The notes: generated from the sequence alone by a model not told the origin. A DNA stretch of 64,000 nt from Candidatus Bathyarchaeota archaeon (GCA_963739305.1 CAVTZU010000023.1:1-64000), one strand, 5' to 3'. Shown: positions 1 through 10,947, counted from the first letter of the stretch. A program made the numbers and translations.

Positions 1-548
1 CGTATTTGTAGAGCTCGGGAGTCGTATTCGCATAATCTCTTATCTGAAGATAGGCGTTATACCAAGTTTCGGTTAAGCTTGCAGGGTTCTTGCATTCAAT
101 ATTGACAAGGGGTATGCCATTTACGTAAAGGATGATGTCGTTTCTTATTTGATTCTTCCCCGTTTGATGAATCACTTGACGTGAGAATGATGAACTCGTT
201 ATTGAGCACTTTGTCTTCATCATAGTCAAAAAGCCTAACATAGTGAACGACTCTTTCTTTTTCAAATTTCACTGGAATGCCTTGCTTGAAGTAATTGAGG
301 ATTTGCTTGGCGCCTTCCACTCCTGAAATCTTAAGTTTGAGTTGGTTTAGGGCCTGTTTTATTTCCTCATCTCCAATTGCTAAGTCAGCATTTAGTTTCT
401 TTAGTGCACGAATCAAGTTGGCTGTAAGTAATGGTTCTTCGAGGCTTTCTCTTTCCAGGTTATCTGCGGAAACTGATTTCCAACCTCTTGCCTGTAACGC
501 CTTGTCGAAATAATCTTCAACGAGAGACTTTTCATCAAACTTTGGCAT
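1..548 (-). CDS. hsdR: Type I restriction endonuclease R subunit, N-terminal part (frameshift near 185; runs off window edge)
   Basis: ORF 96..548 begins like HsdR_N (EKSLVEDYF...GW); after a frameshift it reads SRQVIHQTGKNQIRNDIILYVNGIPLVNIECKNP, the D..ExK nuclease motif; lies downstream of hsdS. Confidence 0.9.
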
Positions 549-555
549 AGTTCGG

Positions 556-1860
556 CTAGTCCCCCTTAATGCGAACTTTCCCAGTCAATAGCAAATTCAT
601 CAGACATGACTTGGTTCTCTCCAACCTTTTCCTTTCAACCTTTTCAAGTCCAAGCTTCTTGTATGATATTGAAATTATGTCTACAATCTTCTGTTGCTCA
701 CTCAGAGGCGGAAGAGGAATCCTGATCTTTCTAAAATCCTGTAACAGCAAATGATCTCTTCCCCAGCCTGAGTTGTGTCTTCTAACAATGTTCTGACCCA
801 CTTCAGAATTGAGAAAATGACATAGAAATTCGGGAACCAGCAGTTCTGGGTTAGTTCTAGCTATTAAGAGACTGTGGCAATTTGCTCCTTCAAAGGCCTT
901 AGGAACCAAACAGCTGGTTCCTATAAAACCAGTTTGAAGAGTGAGTACATCATTTTGCTTCAGTATTGACTTGGAATGCTTATTGTTGAACTCCTTTGTT
1001 ACATAGATGCTTGTAGGTTCAAGACTGTTCTCCCTAACATTCTGAGATCTGAAATATGGAACACCATCTCCAGCTTTCGTGTAGTATGGCGTAGCTGGAT
1101 TGACCACGCCTATTGTGACTTCCTTGCATACTTCCTCAAGCACCTTGACTTGCCATGCTTTTGGAATTTCCCCAATTTCTGTCTCCTTGAATTCCTTGTT
1201 TCCCATTCCTCTCTTCAAGAGCTCTTGAATCAAACCCTTCTTCAAACACTGAGTTTTCTCGATGACTCTATCAGTTTTCGCAATTGCCAAATCAGAGACG
1301 GCCAGGATTCCAACAATCTTCTCCTGTTCCAGAAAATCAAAAAACGGCACATTGAACTTTGCTAATCTATCCTTTGAAAGTTCTTTAAAAGTGCTACCGG
1401 AACTGAGGTTTTCCAGAACCTGCCTCTCGCTAGATAGATAATAGTAATAGAATTCTGAAGAAACTACATTTGAATTCTTTGGAATCAATCCTTTGCATCC
1501 TTGGTTGAAAGTAGCTGCTTCTTCAAGGACAGCCACGTATCCGACAGGAGCCCGGGTCGAAAGTATTATGGAATTTCTTGGCAAGATGGTCAAATTGGTC
1601 TCTTTGAGCGCCTTTTCTGTGACTTTTCTCTCACGCATCCTGATCTTTAGTTTTCCATTCAGTTTGCTTAGATCAGTTGGAGTGATCCAATTTATGGTGC
1701 CGTCTTTCCAGTACTCCTCCTTTTTTGTTGAAGGTGTGCTACCAGTTTCTACAGAGAACAAACTGTCAACAGGTCTGACCTCCCAGTCTTTTGGAAGCTT
1801 CCCAGCCGCAGACTCTCTGAAGTTAGTTTCCTTGCTCAACATCTCATTCGGCTCCTTCAA
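556..1860 (-). CDS. hsdS: Type I RM specificity subunit
   Basis: Two TRD-like halves with conserved repeats (LPKDWEV / [34 protein letters not shown]). Confidence 0.95.
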   Translation of the reverse strand: MKEPNEMLSKETNFRESAAGKLPKDWEVRPVDSLFSVETGSTPSTKKEEYWKDGTINWITPTDLSKLNGKLKIRMRERKVTEKALKETNLTILPRNSIILSTRAPVGYVAVLEEAATFNQGCKGLIPKNSNVVSSEFYYYYLSSERQVLENLSSGSTFKELSKDRLAKFNVPFFDFLEQEKIVGILAVSDLAIAKTDRVIEKTQCLKKGLIQELLKRGMGNKEFKETEIGEIPKAWQVKVLEEVCKEVTIGVVNPATPYYTKAGDGVPYFRSQNVRENSLEPTSIYVTKEFNNKHSKSILKQNDVLTLQTGFIGTSCLVPKAFEGANCHSLLIARTNPELLVPEFLCHFLNSEVGQNIVRRHNSGWGRDHLLLQDFRKIRIPLPPLSEQQKIVDIISISYKKLGLEKVERKRLERTKSCLMNLLLTGKVRIKGD

Positions 1861-3636
1861 CTGAAATCAACTCAGAAAGGAATTGCTCTAGTCTGTTAAC
1901 GATTTCTTGTCTTTCTCTTTCCGCTGCTTTCATGTCAGAGTATTCTTGGGCTATGTTTATTCTTTCATCCTCTCTGTCGCGCATTACGTAGAGCGTCACA
2001 TTGAGGTTGAAGTCATTTTGCTTGCTGATCTCATTCAGAGAAACTACTCTCGAAAATCCTTTCTCTTCCCTGAAACTCTCATATGTGTCAGCAATCTTTC
2101 TTATGCTTCCATTTCCCAGTCTGTGAAGCTTTCTCACCTCTCTATGGCTCTCATACTCGTCAGACGCATTAACAAAAAGGACTCTTCCTTTCCTTTCAGC
2201 CGGCTTGTTCTTGTTGAAAATGATCACTATGCCAGTTGCTGGAGTGTTGTAGAAGAGCTTTTCGGGTAGCAAAATGATACATTCGACAAAATCAGTTTTC
2301 TCATCTAGAATCCTTGACCGTATTGTCTGTTCTTTCCCGCCCCTAGACAGGCACCCATTGTCAATCACGATTCCGATCTTTCCGGTGTCATCTTTGGCTG
2401 AAGCAACCATGTGTTGAATCCAAGCCCAGTCTGCCGAAGTTTTCGGTACAAAGCCGTAACTGAATCTTTGTTTCCAGAATTCGCCTTTCTTCAGTACTTC
2501 CTCGTCATATCCGTCTTGGTTCCAAGGTGGATTTGCCATTACGAAGTCAAACTGTTTGATTCCTTCACCTTCCTTTAACTTGGGATAAAAGGAAAGTGTC
2601 CCCGAACTCCAGATGATAGTCTGCAATGCCATGAATGTACATGTTCATTTTAGATAGAGCCAAGATGCTCCTGTTTGCTTCTTGCCCGAATAGGAACAGC
2701 TTGCCTGCCTCTTCTCTTGCCGTACTTCTCTTCGACGTGCTTATATGAAAGAATCAACATGCCCCCCGAGCCGCAGGCAGGATCATAGACGCTTTTGCCA
2801 GGTTTAGGATCCAGAATCTCCACTAGAAGTTTTATCACTTCTCGTGGAGTGATTATCTCACCTTCCTTTGCTTTTGTGGGTGCGAAATACTTCAGCCACC
2901 ATTCGTAAGCGTCGCCTAGAATATCAGGAGAGACATTACGCAACTTCTGCTCGCTGAATACCTCAAACAATTGTCTAAGAATTTCAGCGTTCTCTCGGCT
3001 ACTTGCAAACTGGACAAAGTCAACGCTTTCAACGACATCTTTGAGTTCGGGATTCAGGTCGGAGATTGCTTTCAACGCTGCGGAGAATTTCTCGGGAAGG
3101 CGACTTACGTCTTTGCGGATGTTGTCCCATAGAAGTTCTTCAGGCAGGTCAAAATCGTGATAAGATGGATTCTTTGCCTCTTGCTTGGCTTCCTCTTCAT
3201 TTAAGCCGTCAGCCTTGGCTTCCTTGTAGGCTTTATCAGATTCTGCTTCCCACTTGTCTGCTGACTCGCTTCAAGAGGGAGAGTATCAGGATAAACTTGT
3301 AGTCCACTCTCGTCCTGATCAGGTCAGCCGCTTTCTTCAGTATCCCTTCAACGTCACTCCGAGTAGCTCTGTTTTCTGATTCAAAGCCTTCTTGACAGAC
3401 TCCAACCTGCTCTTGAGCCTGTATGATTTCTGTCTTGTATCCAGTAGATCGGACTCAGTCACCAACCATCCTGCTTGCCGAAGCTCAGAAAGATAGGCCG
3501 GTGCATCTTCACCTCGAGTCTCGAATTTGCTCGTTAAGACCTTGACAGCATCTTCCATTCTAAAGCGGGAATCACCAAATGCGTCCCACAATGCGGAGTA
3601 TCTATCTTCAAGCCATTTCGGAAGTCTCTCGCCCAT
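1844..3636 (-). CDS. hsdM: Type I RM N6-adenine methyltransferase with N-terminal wHTH-like extension (several frameshifts)
   Basis: Pieces 3337..3636, ~3075-3340 ([18 protein letters not shown]), 2650..3075 ([19 protein letters not shown]) and 1844..2632 (NPPW) join into one HsdM. Confidence 0.9.
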
Positions 3637-3813
3637 TACAATCACTGGTAGAATAAGTAGAAACCGAAGCTTATAACTATATTGCTTCGGTAAAAAGCTA
3701 TACGTTATTTGACTTCGGTATCCATGGTTGCAAGCACGTGTTGGAAGAGATTTAATAGAAATACACAAGGTCTTTTATATGAAAAAGTGGGAAACAGTTC
3801 TTGGTGAAGGTTT

Positions 3814-4806
3814 ATGGTTTTGTGGATGGTAAGGGCGGGTAGATATGGAGAAGAAGAGCAACAGGCGCTCGAGAAGGGACTGGTTACTATTGGATGGAAT
3901 GAGTTCCCCGACCTGTTCAAATTAAAATCCCGAACTGAACTAGCGGCTCTTTACGTAAAACTTTATCCCAACGCAAAGAAGATGACTGTTGCCAATGAGG
4001 TTGGTCAGATCTGGCGTTTTCTTGATAACATCAAAATCGGCGATCTTGTAGCTCTTCCTCTGAAACGTCAATCGGCTATCGCTATTGGAAAGGTCGAAAG
4101 CAACTATGAATATCGCACAGATTTGGGAGAAGACACACACCATATACGCCGAGTTCGATGGATTAAGACAATACCTAGATCGGAGTTTGACCAGGATCTG
4201 CTGTACTCTTTTGGCGCATTCATGACAGTTTGTCAAATAGAGCGAAATAATGCAGAAGCGAGGGTTAATGCACTGCTTAAAGGACGACCATTGCCGGAAG
4301 AAGAAGAGGAAGTGGAAGCTGGAAAACTTGACATTGAGCAAGCATCAAGGGATCAAATCCTCAAGCATATTAGTCAAAAGTTCAAAGGTCACGATTTAGC
4401 CAGACTTGTTGAAGCACTTCTTCAAGCCCAAGGCTACACTACTGCACGTTCAGCGCCTGGTCCTGACGGCGGCGTAGATATTCTAGCTGGCGCAGGACAG
4501 CTGGGCTTTGAAAACCCGCGAATATGCGTTCAGGTCAAATCCTCATCATCACCTGTTGATGCTCCGACGCTGAGAAGCCTTCAAGGAACAATGCAGAACT
4601 TCAGTGCAGATCAAGGATTGTTGATTTCGTGGGGTGGTTTCACAAATAAAGCAATAGAAGAGTCCCGCCGCACATTTTTCTCAGTACGATTGTGGGACTC
4701 GGGCAGATTGCTCGACGAAATCTTGGAACATTTCGAGAAGCTACCTGATTCTCTGAAAACAGAATTGCCCTTGAAGAGGATTTGGACACTAGTAATAGAA
4801 GAGTAA
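3814..4806 (+). CDS. mrr: Mrr-family (type IV) restriction endonuclease with N-terminal recognition domain
   Basis: N-terminal LWMVRAG...GW; C-terminal Mrr catalytic motif GPDGGVDIL...VQVK; LPLKRIW tail. Confidence 0.85.
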   Translation: MVLWMVRAGRYGEEEQQALEKGLVTIGWNEFPDLFKLKSRTELAALYVKLYPNAKKMTVANEVGQIWRFLDNIKIGDLVALPLKRQSAIAIGKVESNYEYRTDLGEDTHHIRRVRWIKTIPRSEFDQDLLYSFGAFMTVCQIERNNAEARVNALLKGRPLPEEEEEVEAGKLDIEQASRDQILKHISQKFKGHDLARLVEALLQAQGYTTARSAPGPDGGVDILAGAGQLGFENPRICVQVKSSSSPVDAPTLRSLQGTMQNFSADQGLLISWGGFTNKAIEESRRTFFSVRLWDSGRLLDEILEHFEKLPDSLKTELPLKRIWTLVIEE

Positions 4807-4869
4807 TATGTGGCAAACCCGAGTTATTTAACAAAAGGCTTTAGCCACAAACCGCCTCTACTTTGCGTG

Positions 4870-5047
4870 CTTCAAACGATCAGACTCAGTTTCAGGTACG
4901 AACTGATCCTTGAACTCAAAGCCCTCGCCGAAATGGCACAGCAAAAAGCCATCGACACCCACCCAGCGAAAGAAGAAGTCAAACAGAACTGGAGTCGCCT
5001 CGCCGCTTACATCAGCCAAGTCATAAACGGAATATGCGCGCGCGCTA
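4870..5047 (+). pseudogene. Truncated remnant of a small helical hypothetical protein
   Basis: Protein-like stretch RYELILELKALAEMAQQ...WSRLAAYISQVINGI ends at the GCGCGCGCGCTA motif; no clear start. Confidence 0.4.
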
Positions 5048-5148
5048 CAAACTCCTCAGCCTTCTCAACATAGTCGCCTTTTTCTGGAAGCTAGGTTGAT
5101 TTTCAGGAGAAATCTGACTCAAGAAGTACATCTGTAATAACAGGCGCT

Positions 5149-5247
5149 AGCAGTCAACGAGCGTACAAGAACAAAGCCCGATACACACGCTTCGGAACAG
5201 TGCAGCGATATTCATGCCGAGATTGTTGTTATCGGTTTTCATGCTGA
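5149..5247 (+). pseudogene. Zn-ribbon remnant (IS1 InsA-like or integrase N-terminal type)
   Basis: Reads SSQRAYKNKARYTRFGTVQRYSCRDCCYRFSC*, the second half (QRYxCxxC.YRF) of a transposase/integrase Zn ribbon; first CxxC absent. Confidence 0.55.
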
Positions 5248-6225
5248 GAACGTGGTGCATCCTGCAAATCCCCTCCTTTTCTTTCTTTGATTTGCTGAAG
5301 TGTCCGCAGAACTGCAGGATATTCCGCTATTCGTTCGTGGAATAGTCCCGTGTTATCAATCATGTTTGGATTAAAGATTTCTTGATCATAGAACCTGTCA
5401 ATTGCTTCGATTTCATTGCCCTTGATGCCAGCTAGATGTGTTTCAGTGAACTCCTGAACCTCTCTTGTTATTTTGGCAAAATCATATTGTGAGAGCTTCT
5501 CTGTTTGCAGTAGATTCCTCAGGCTGGAGTCTATTGGAATCTGTGCGACCAGTTCGGGGTTGATTTCGTGCATTCTCGGTGTCTCATGGGTTAGACTCTC
5601 AACGAATTGCGCATTTGCGGAAGATGTTGCGGTCGAATTTCATTTTGCTAATTTGATAAGTGTCGAAAAGGTCTCGAGGCGTTTTTCTGTAGAGTAGTGT
5701 ACACCATTTGTTTGCGAACAATTCCTCTTTCAATGGAGTTCTCGTCTTGAATGTTTCCTGTGTTCCTACGTGCCTGAAATCTGCTGAGGTGTCGGTTCTC
5801 AGGATTGGGGTTCTGCGGAGGTATCCTATTTCTATCTTGAAGTTGTCCTCAGACCCATGAGCATTGACATATCTAACTGTGAATCGTGTGAGTGGATAAG
5901 TTGCGTTTATGGCGATGTCCGTCCGCTCGTATTCTTGTCGGTAAATTAGATCTTTCAGCCTTTCGTCAATTTCCTTTCGGACCTCTCCCCATTCAGCATC
6001 GTCTGTGTGGCGATAGTTGAAGTCGAGGTCTATGGACAATCGCAGTATTTCTGGTGAGTAGATGAACGTGAGAGCTGTTCCGCCGTAAAGTGATAGACGA
6101 TCTGAGAGGAATTTTACCGCTGAGACATCCTCTAACAGATCCGAGATTCGACATACTTTTTCTATCTCTCTGGCACTGAACCCGTATTGCAGCGTCAACG
6201 CATCAAAATCGTATTTCCTTTTCAC
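5229..6225 (-). CDS. abiEii: AbiEii-family nucleotidyltransferase toxin (frameshift near 5600)
   Basis: LYGGTAL, RLSIDLDF, EELFANK, PRDLFD motifs; ORFs 5599..6225 and 5229..5573 join with one frameshift. Confidence 0.9.
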
Positions 6226-7041
6226 TTAAATGCCTCTCAGCTGTTCCTCGAAAGCCTCGGGAATGTACAGGTTCCATCTTCTATTGAGGCTACCTTTTTT
6301 TCCACGGACCAAGTATTGTGGTGAACCGTTGATTCCAATTTCCATTTTGCTCAGCGTAGTATCTGTAACGTGTTCATAGAACGGTGATCTCTTTCTCAGA
6401 ATATCGAGGATGAACCCGATCCGTCTGGGAAGACCAATCTTTCCTTGATGAAGTGCTAGGCTAATCAGTTTTTCAACGTCGAGCCCGCGGAGATTTTCTA
6501 GACTTTTCACGCATTCTTCCCAGCCTCCGGCATATTGAACTCTGTCGATGCATTCGATGAACGTCCTTTCCTTGCTACTTACTCTCAAAAGACTGCTGCC
6601 ATAGGGTTTCTCAACTATTTGTGATATCGTGTCCTTGATGAATACTGGTTTGAAGACGAACCGCTTGTACCTGAAAGGATCGAACCTGTCTTTCGAGTTG
6701 ACGCCTACGTAAGCCTCGTTGAAAGCAGAGTAGGCGCATCCGTAGAATTCCAAGGCGGTGTGGAAGCCCAAGTAGTATTCTTTTCTGATTTTGGAAGCGA
6801 TTAGAAGTTTATCTGGTTCATACTTTTCTGCTTTTTCCAGTGGAGATAGAACGGCATACAGACCTTTCCGGATTGCTTGAAGCTTGTGAGCTTCGATCAG
6901 TCTTTTAACGTATTTGCGATAGATGTATTTGCGGTTTTCAGGGCCTCCGATTACGCTTGACGCTGCTTGCATAATGTCGTCAAAGCCTGCAATTTTCATG
7001 GGGAGAAGAGCATCGTAGAGTGCTTCAGTTTTGTTCGTCAT
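6226..7041 (-). CDS. abiEi: AbiEi-family antitoxin / transcriptional regulator
   Basis: IRKGLY, YYLGFHTALEFYG, VSSKERTFIECIDR, RRIGFIL, RWNL motifs; abuts the toxin gene. Confidence 0.9.
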   Translation of the reverse strand: MTNKTEALYDALLPMKIAGFDDIMQAASSVIGGPENRKYIYRKYVKRLIEAHKLQAIRKGLYAVLSPLEKAEKYEPDKLLIASKIRKEYYLGFHTALEFYGCAYSAFNEAYVGVNSKDRFDPFRYKRFVFKPVFIKDTISQIVEKPYGSSLLRVSSKERTFIECIDRVQYAGGWEECVKSLENLRGLDVEKLISLALHQGKIGLPRRIGFILDILRKRSPFYEHVTDTTLSKMEIGINGSPQYLVRGKKGSLNRRWNLYIPEAFEEQLRGI

Positions 7042-7053
7042 AGTCTTTTCACT

Positions 7054-7171
7054 TTTTTAACGTAGTTACCCATTTTATGGCATACTGCGTTAAAAATATT
7101 TAAAATTTGTTAAGCCCACAGCTACACAGAAATTTAACGCAGTTACCCAACAATGGGCATACAACATTAAA
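7054..7171. promoter_or_regulatory. Two related imperfect palindromes in the abiE promoter (putative AbiEi operators)
   Basis: 7054-7096 TTTTTAACGTAGTTACCCATTTTATGGCATACTGCGTTAAAAA and 7133-7171 TTTAACGCAGTTACCCAACAATGGGCATACAACATTAAA. Confidence 0.7.
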
Positions 7172-7261
7172 TTACTCAAAAAGCTCGAGCTCTGGTTCAT
7201 GGAGGCGACTTGAGTTAAGTTCTGGAATGGCTTTCATTGGCGCTGCTAGTTTCGTATGCTT

Positions 7262-7762
7262 TCACTTCTGCTTCTGCCGTGCCTCAATACGTATTTCAGT
7301 AGTTTCTTTGCAGGTTTCAAAAACCATACACGTGAGAGTCTTCTCGATTCCCCTAACAAGCCTCAATTGGTCAATAACAAATTTTCCAACCGCATCGACA
7401 TCCTTGGCTCTGAGCTTTATCAAGAGATCCCAGTCCCCAGTGATGATGTAGACCTCTTGGACTTCTAGGAATCTTGCAATGTCTGAAGCTATTTCTCTCT
7501 GCGAGATCAGCTTTCCGCTGTCCTTGGTCTGGTAGGAGACAGAAGCCAAAACCAAAGCTGTTGCACCCAGGCCAAGCTTCTGTGAATTCAAGATGGCTCT
7601 ATAATCCTTTATGATGCCTAACTCTTCCATGCGCCTTATCTTTGCAAAAACCGTCGTTATCGGTGATCCGATTTTTCTGGCAATTTCCCGACTGCTGAGC
7701 TTACAATCTTTCTGTATCAAGGCCAGGATTGCCAGATCTTTCTCGTCAAGCTTGGTTTCCAT
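7262..7762 (-). CDS. Lrp/AsnC family transcriptional regulator
   Basis: LDEKDLAIL...HTH...ITGDWDLLIK. Confidence 0.95.
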   Translation of the reverse strand: METKLDEKDLAILALIQKDCKLSSREIARKIGSPITTVFAKIRRMEELGIIKDYRAILNSQKLGLGATALVLASVSYQTKDSGKLISQREIASDIARFLEVQEVYIITGDWDLLIKLRAKDVDAVGKFVIDQLRLVRGIEKTLTCMVFETCKETTEIRIEARQKQK

Positions 7763-7913
7763 GATTGTAATTTTTACACTTTTCAGCCATAAATACTTTA
7801 CTTCTTCGAAATATTTGCAATTATTTTCATAAAAAATTTATTACTGACAGCGCCCATCTAATGCAGGTAACGTACAAAGGCTGTTGAAACGACATCACCG
7901 ATGAGAGAGTGGA

Positions 7914-8922
7914 TTGATGATCAAGAAACAAGCAGACGTAAGAAACGATGCGTTGATTCTCAGCCCCGAACTGGTTGATTTGCCTAGACCGCTTGAGCGT
8001 CTATCTGAAAGCGAAATCGAGAAAAAGCATTGTGTAAGCTTGTTGATGACGTACGTGTTGAAGCATCTTACAAGCGAATTTGCTTCCAACGGTTTTGAAT
8101 GGTTGCTGCCCGTGATACTATCACAGTCAACCGATCCATTGTGGCCAGATCAATGCGCATCCATCGAAAAACGCATTGAAGTCGAAATCTACGGAAAGAC
8201 GGTTCGGACAACGGCAAGCATGATTATTCATAAAATAGTTGCCTGCTCCATAATCAGTCCCAAATTGTTCTCGCTTTCGCCGAACGTGAGAATAGAGAAG
8301 AGCTGAAAGAGGAACCAGCGGAGTGCACGCTTATGAATTTACCCAGTTGGATTTTGAGGTCAGAAACGCTTCTTCGAGAGACATTAGAAGTTTCGTCGAA
8401 CGGGTTATCTGCAGATTGATAGAGAATTTGAAGGAAGACATGAGCCAAGAGTTGCTTTATCTAGGAAGATATGCTGATATGAGAAAGCCGAGAATTCCGT
8501 TTGAACTCTATGATAAAACAGAACTCGAAAAAGAATACGGTGCACAATGGGAAAAACGCGTGTTGTGCGAGATGAATTATCCTGTTTGGGTGACCAACCT
8601 TCCCCGAGAATTCTACGACTTTGAAGATTTCCAAAGCGGTAGATGGGACAACTATGACCTATTGCTGCCCCAATATGGAGAAGTATTGTCTGGTGCTAGA
8701 AGAGAGTTTGAATACGGCAAGATAATCAAGAAAATGGAGCGAGACAATGTGAGAAAGGATAACTACGGCTTGTTGTTAAAATTGGCAGAAGAAGGGAGGT
8801 TAAAACCCTCGGCTGGGGCTGGAATCGGCATCGAAAGGCTTGTCAGCTGGATCACTGGAGCCAAGCACATCGGTGAAACACAACTTTTCCCCAAAATACC
8901 CGGAATTGTCTATGACTTGTAA
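7914..8922 (+). CDS. asnA: Archaeal-type asparagine synthetase A (AsnRS catalytic-domain paralog), frameshift near 8300
   Basis: STDPLWPD, SMIIHK, SPNVRIE, HAYEFTQLDFE, GEVLSGARRE, SAGAGIGIERL; no anticodon domain. Confidence 0.85.
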
Positions 8923-9055
8923 CCCGAAACAACGCTCAGTCAGGCAATGTTAAAGAAAGAAATGGATTCCCACTACTATAGCACGTTAACGCCTACTCTG
9001 AACAACGAGAGTTTGCCAAAGAGATATATCCGATGAACAGCAAAGTAACTTAAGG

Positions 9056-9307
9056 GTGCTTCAAGTGGTTAAAGCTCTAGTTCTAGCCCGCGCAGGCTCA
9101 AGCGACACTTTGAATCTTATGAAAACCATCAGAGAAGAATTAAGCAAAGTCAAAGGCGTCAAAGAAATCTACGGACTTTTTGGACGGTATGACTTCGCGT
9201 TGATAGTCGAGACAAAAACAACCGAAGAAATGGGAAACCTGGTTACCGACTGTATCAGAGGCATCAAAGGAGTCGTCTACACAGAAACGCTCGTAATTGG
9301 CTTTTGA
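9056..9307 (+). CDS. Stand-alone Lrp/AsnC ligand-binding (RAM) domain protein
   Basis: GVKEIYGLFGRYD...IRGIKGVVYTETL. Confidence 0.85.
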   Translation: MLQVVKALVLARAGSSDTLNLMKTIREELSKVKGVKEIYGLFGRYDFALIVETKTTEEMGNLVTDCIRGIKGVVYTETLVIGF

Positions 9308-9498
9308 CACAAAAAATCTGTCGCACATACCCACTCTCTTTCTATTCTAAACCAAGTCCAGAGCGCACGATAACTAAGATCAAATGCCAAAAAGATAATT
9401 GCCGTTGATAGCGCCCGCCCGCACTTCGACAGGTAGTATTGAGTTTGGGAATGAGTGGAAATGAACTTCACCCACACACTGGTTTCTTGTTTCTGCTT

Positions 9499-9942
9499 TC
9501 AGGATTTCTTGAACACGGTTTTCCTACTGATTTGCCCATAAATGAAGAGATACGCAGCGATAAGCATCACTACCCACGCAATCAACGACGCCAACCCCAA
9601 ATAGACAAACCCATAAACAAAGAAAAGAAGCGTCGGCACCAACGTCACCAAACACGCAACCAAAAACGTCAAGTAATTCGCAATCATAGAAAATCCCGTC
9701 TGGGGCGGAATAGCTGCATAAAGAGTCGAATGCGTCGTGTACCATTGTGCCAAAAAGTAGGACAGCTCGACTACAATATTCATTATAAACAGCGTGACCT
9801 GAAAGAAAAGGCTTGTCTGAGTCTGAAAAGTAAGCAGCAGGGCTATTGCGGTGAAAGTGAAACCAGCAGCAAAATACAACCCACCAATCAGATTTGACAA
9901 GATCCCAGTATAATGTGAATAGTCATTACGCTCCTCAGTCAC
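9499..9942 (-). CDS. Hypothetical membrane protein (about 4 TM)
   Basis: Hydrophobic segments; GGTG SD-like sequence upstream. Confidence 0.65.
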   Translation of the reverse strand: MTEERNDYSHYTGILSNLIGGLYFAAGFTFTAIALLLTFQTQTSLFFQVTLFIMNIVVELSYFLAQWYTTHSTLYAAIPPQTGFSMIANYLTFLVACLVTLVPTLLFFVYGFVYLGLASLIAWVVMLIAAYLFIYGQISRKTVFKKS

Positions 9943-10007
9943 GAAACGTGCACCTTCATCATTATGTCTCCAACTAAATTCTTATCACTTGCGGAGAGTT
10001 GTGTGGG

Positions 10008-10025
10008 GGGTTAGAGTTTCATCCA
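10008..10025 (-). repeat. Palindromic repeat family 1, copy A (degenerate, inverted)
   Basis: Minus strand TGGATGAAACTCTAACCC; contains the stop codon of the methyltransferase. Confidence 0.55.
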
Positions 10026-10840
10026 AGTGGTTTTCGGGCAATTGCCTGCAAATCGTCCGCCAACGCTAACGCGTCAGGCTGCTCACACAAGGCAAGCTCA
10101 AACTCAAGAATCCTGTCGTACAAACTCCTCGAACGCCCCTTTTTCGCAAACAACTCCCTCGAAATTCGCAAGGGCATAGTTGTAACTTTGCCCACGATCT
10201 TTTCCACAATAAACCCGTTTCTTTCCAACATCTTCCTAAACTCGTCCGGAGTCCAAGCATAAATCTTGACTTCTTTATTCTCAGGCATCGTGCCATACTT
10301 CCTGCGAAGCAATATGTCTAACGCGTTCTCCATATCACGCGGATTTGGTTTCTCCGGCACTGCAACCAAAGACTGAACATAACGATTAGGCGCCGAAACT
10401 ATCAGTCTCCCCCCTCTCTTTAAAACTCGGTTCAACTCCTTCAGAAGAACGTCAGGGTTCTCGAAAAAGAGAAGGGCAAGCTCACAAAGAATCATGTCAA
10501 ACGTTTCATCAGAGTAGCTTGTCTTTGTAACGTCCTCTCTTCTTACGATTATCCTGTTCTGAAGACCCTCTCGTCTTATCCTCTTTTCGGCGGTTTCCAG
10601 CATCTTCTCCGAAATGTCCAGCAAGACCACTCTGCAGCCTTTCCTCGCCATGCGAATTGACCAGCGGCCCGTTCCACCACAAGCATCAAGAATCAAGGCG
10701 TCAGGGTCTGAAGGAAGATACGGTTCAACGTGCCTCCACGTAATCTCGTTATGAACTTGAAAGTACAGAAGGCCAAAAAAGTTGTCATAGGTCCTCGCTT
10801 TTCCATCGAAATAACTCTCCACCCCATCCGTTTTCTTCAT
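10019..10840 (-). CDS. Class I SAM-dependent methyltransferase
   Basis: ILDACGGTGRW, LLDISEKML, FDMILC, VLKRGGRL; true start probably MKKTDG at 10840. Confidence 0.9.
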   Translation of the reverse strand: MKKTDGVESYFDGKARTYDNFFGLLYFQVHNEITWRHVEPYLPSDPDALILDACGGTGRWSIRMARKGCRVVLLDISEKMLETAEKRIRREGLQNRIIVRREDVTKTSYSDETFDMILCELALLFFENPDVLLKELNRVLKRGGRLIVSAPNRYVQSLVAVPEKPNPRDMENALDILLRRKYGTMPENKEVKIYAWTPDEFRKMLERNGFIVEKIVGKVTTMPLRISRELFAKKGRSRSLYDRILEFELALCEQPDALALADDLQAIARKPLG

Positions 10841-10929
10841 CTGTCTTAACACAATCCTCAAATCTTCCTTCCGATCTGTTCCTCCGAGTCCAGCTATAAC
10901 TTTTCTGCAGGAACGAACGTTGGTTTGGT

Positions 10930-10947
10930 TTGATAAAACTTTACCCC
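10930..10947 (+). repeat. Palindromic repeat family 1, copy B
   Basis: TTGATAAAACTTTACCCC with complementary TGGTTTGG / CCAAACCA flanks. Confidence 0.8.
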
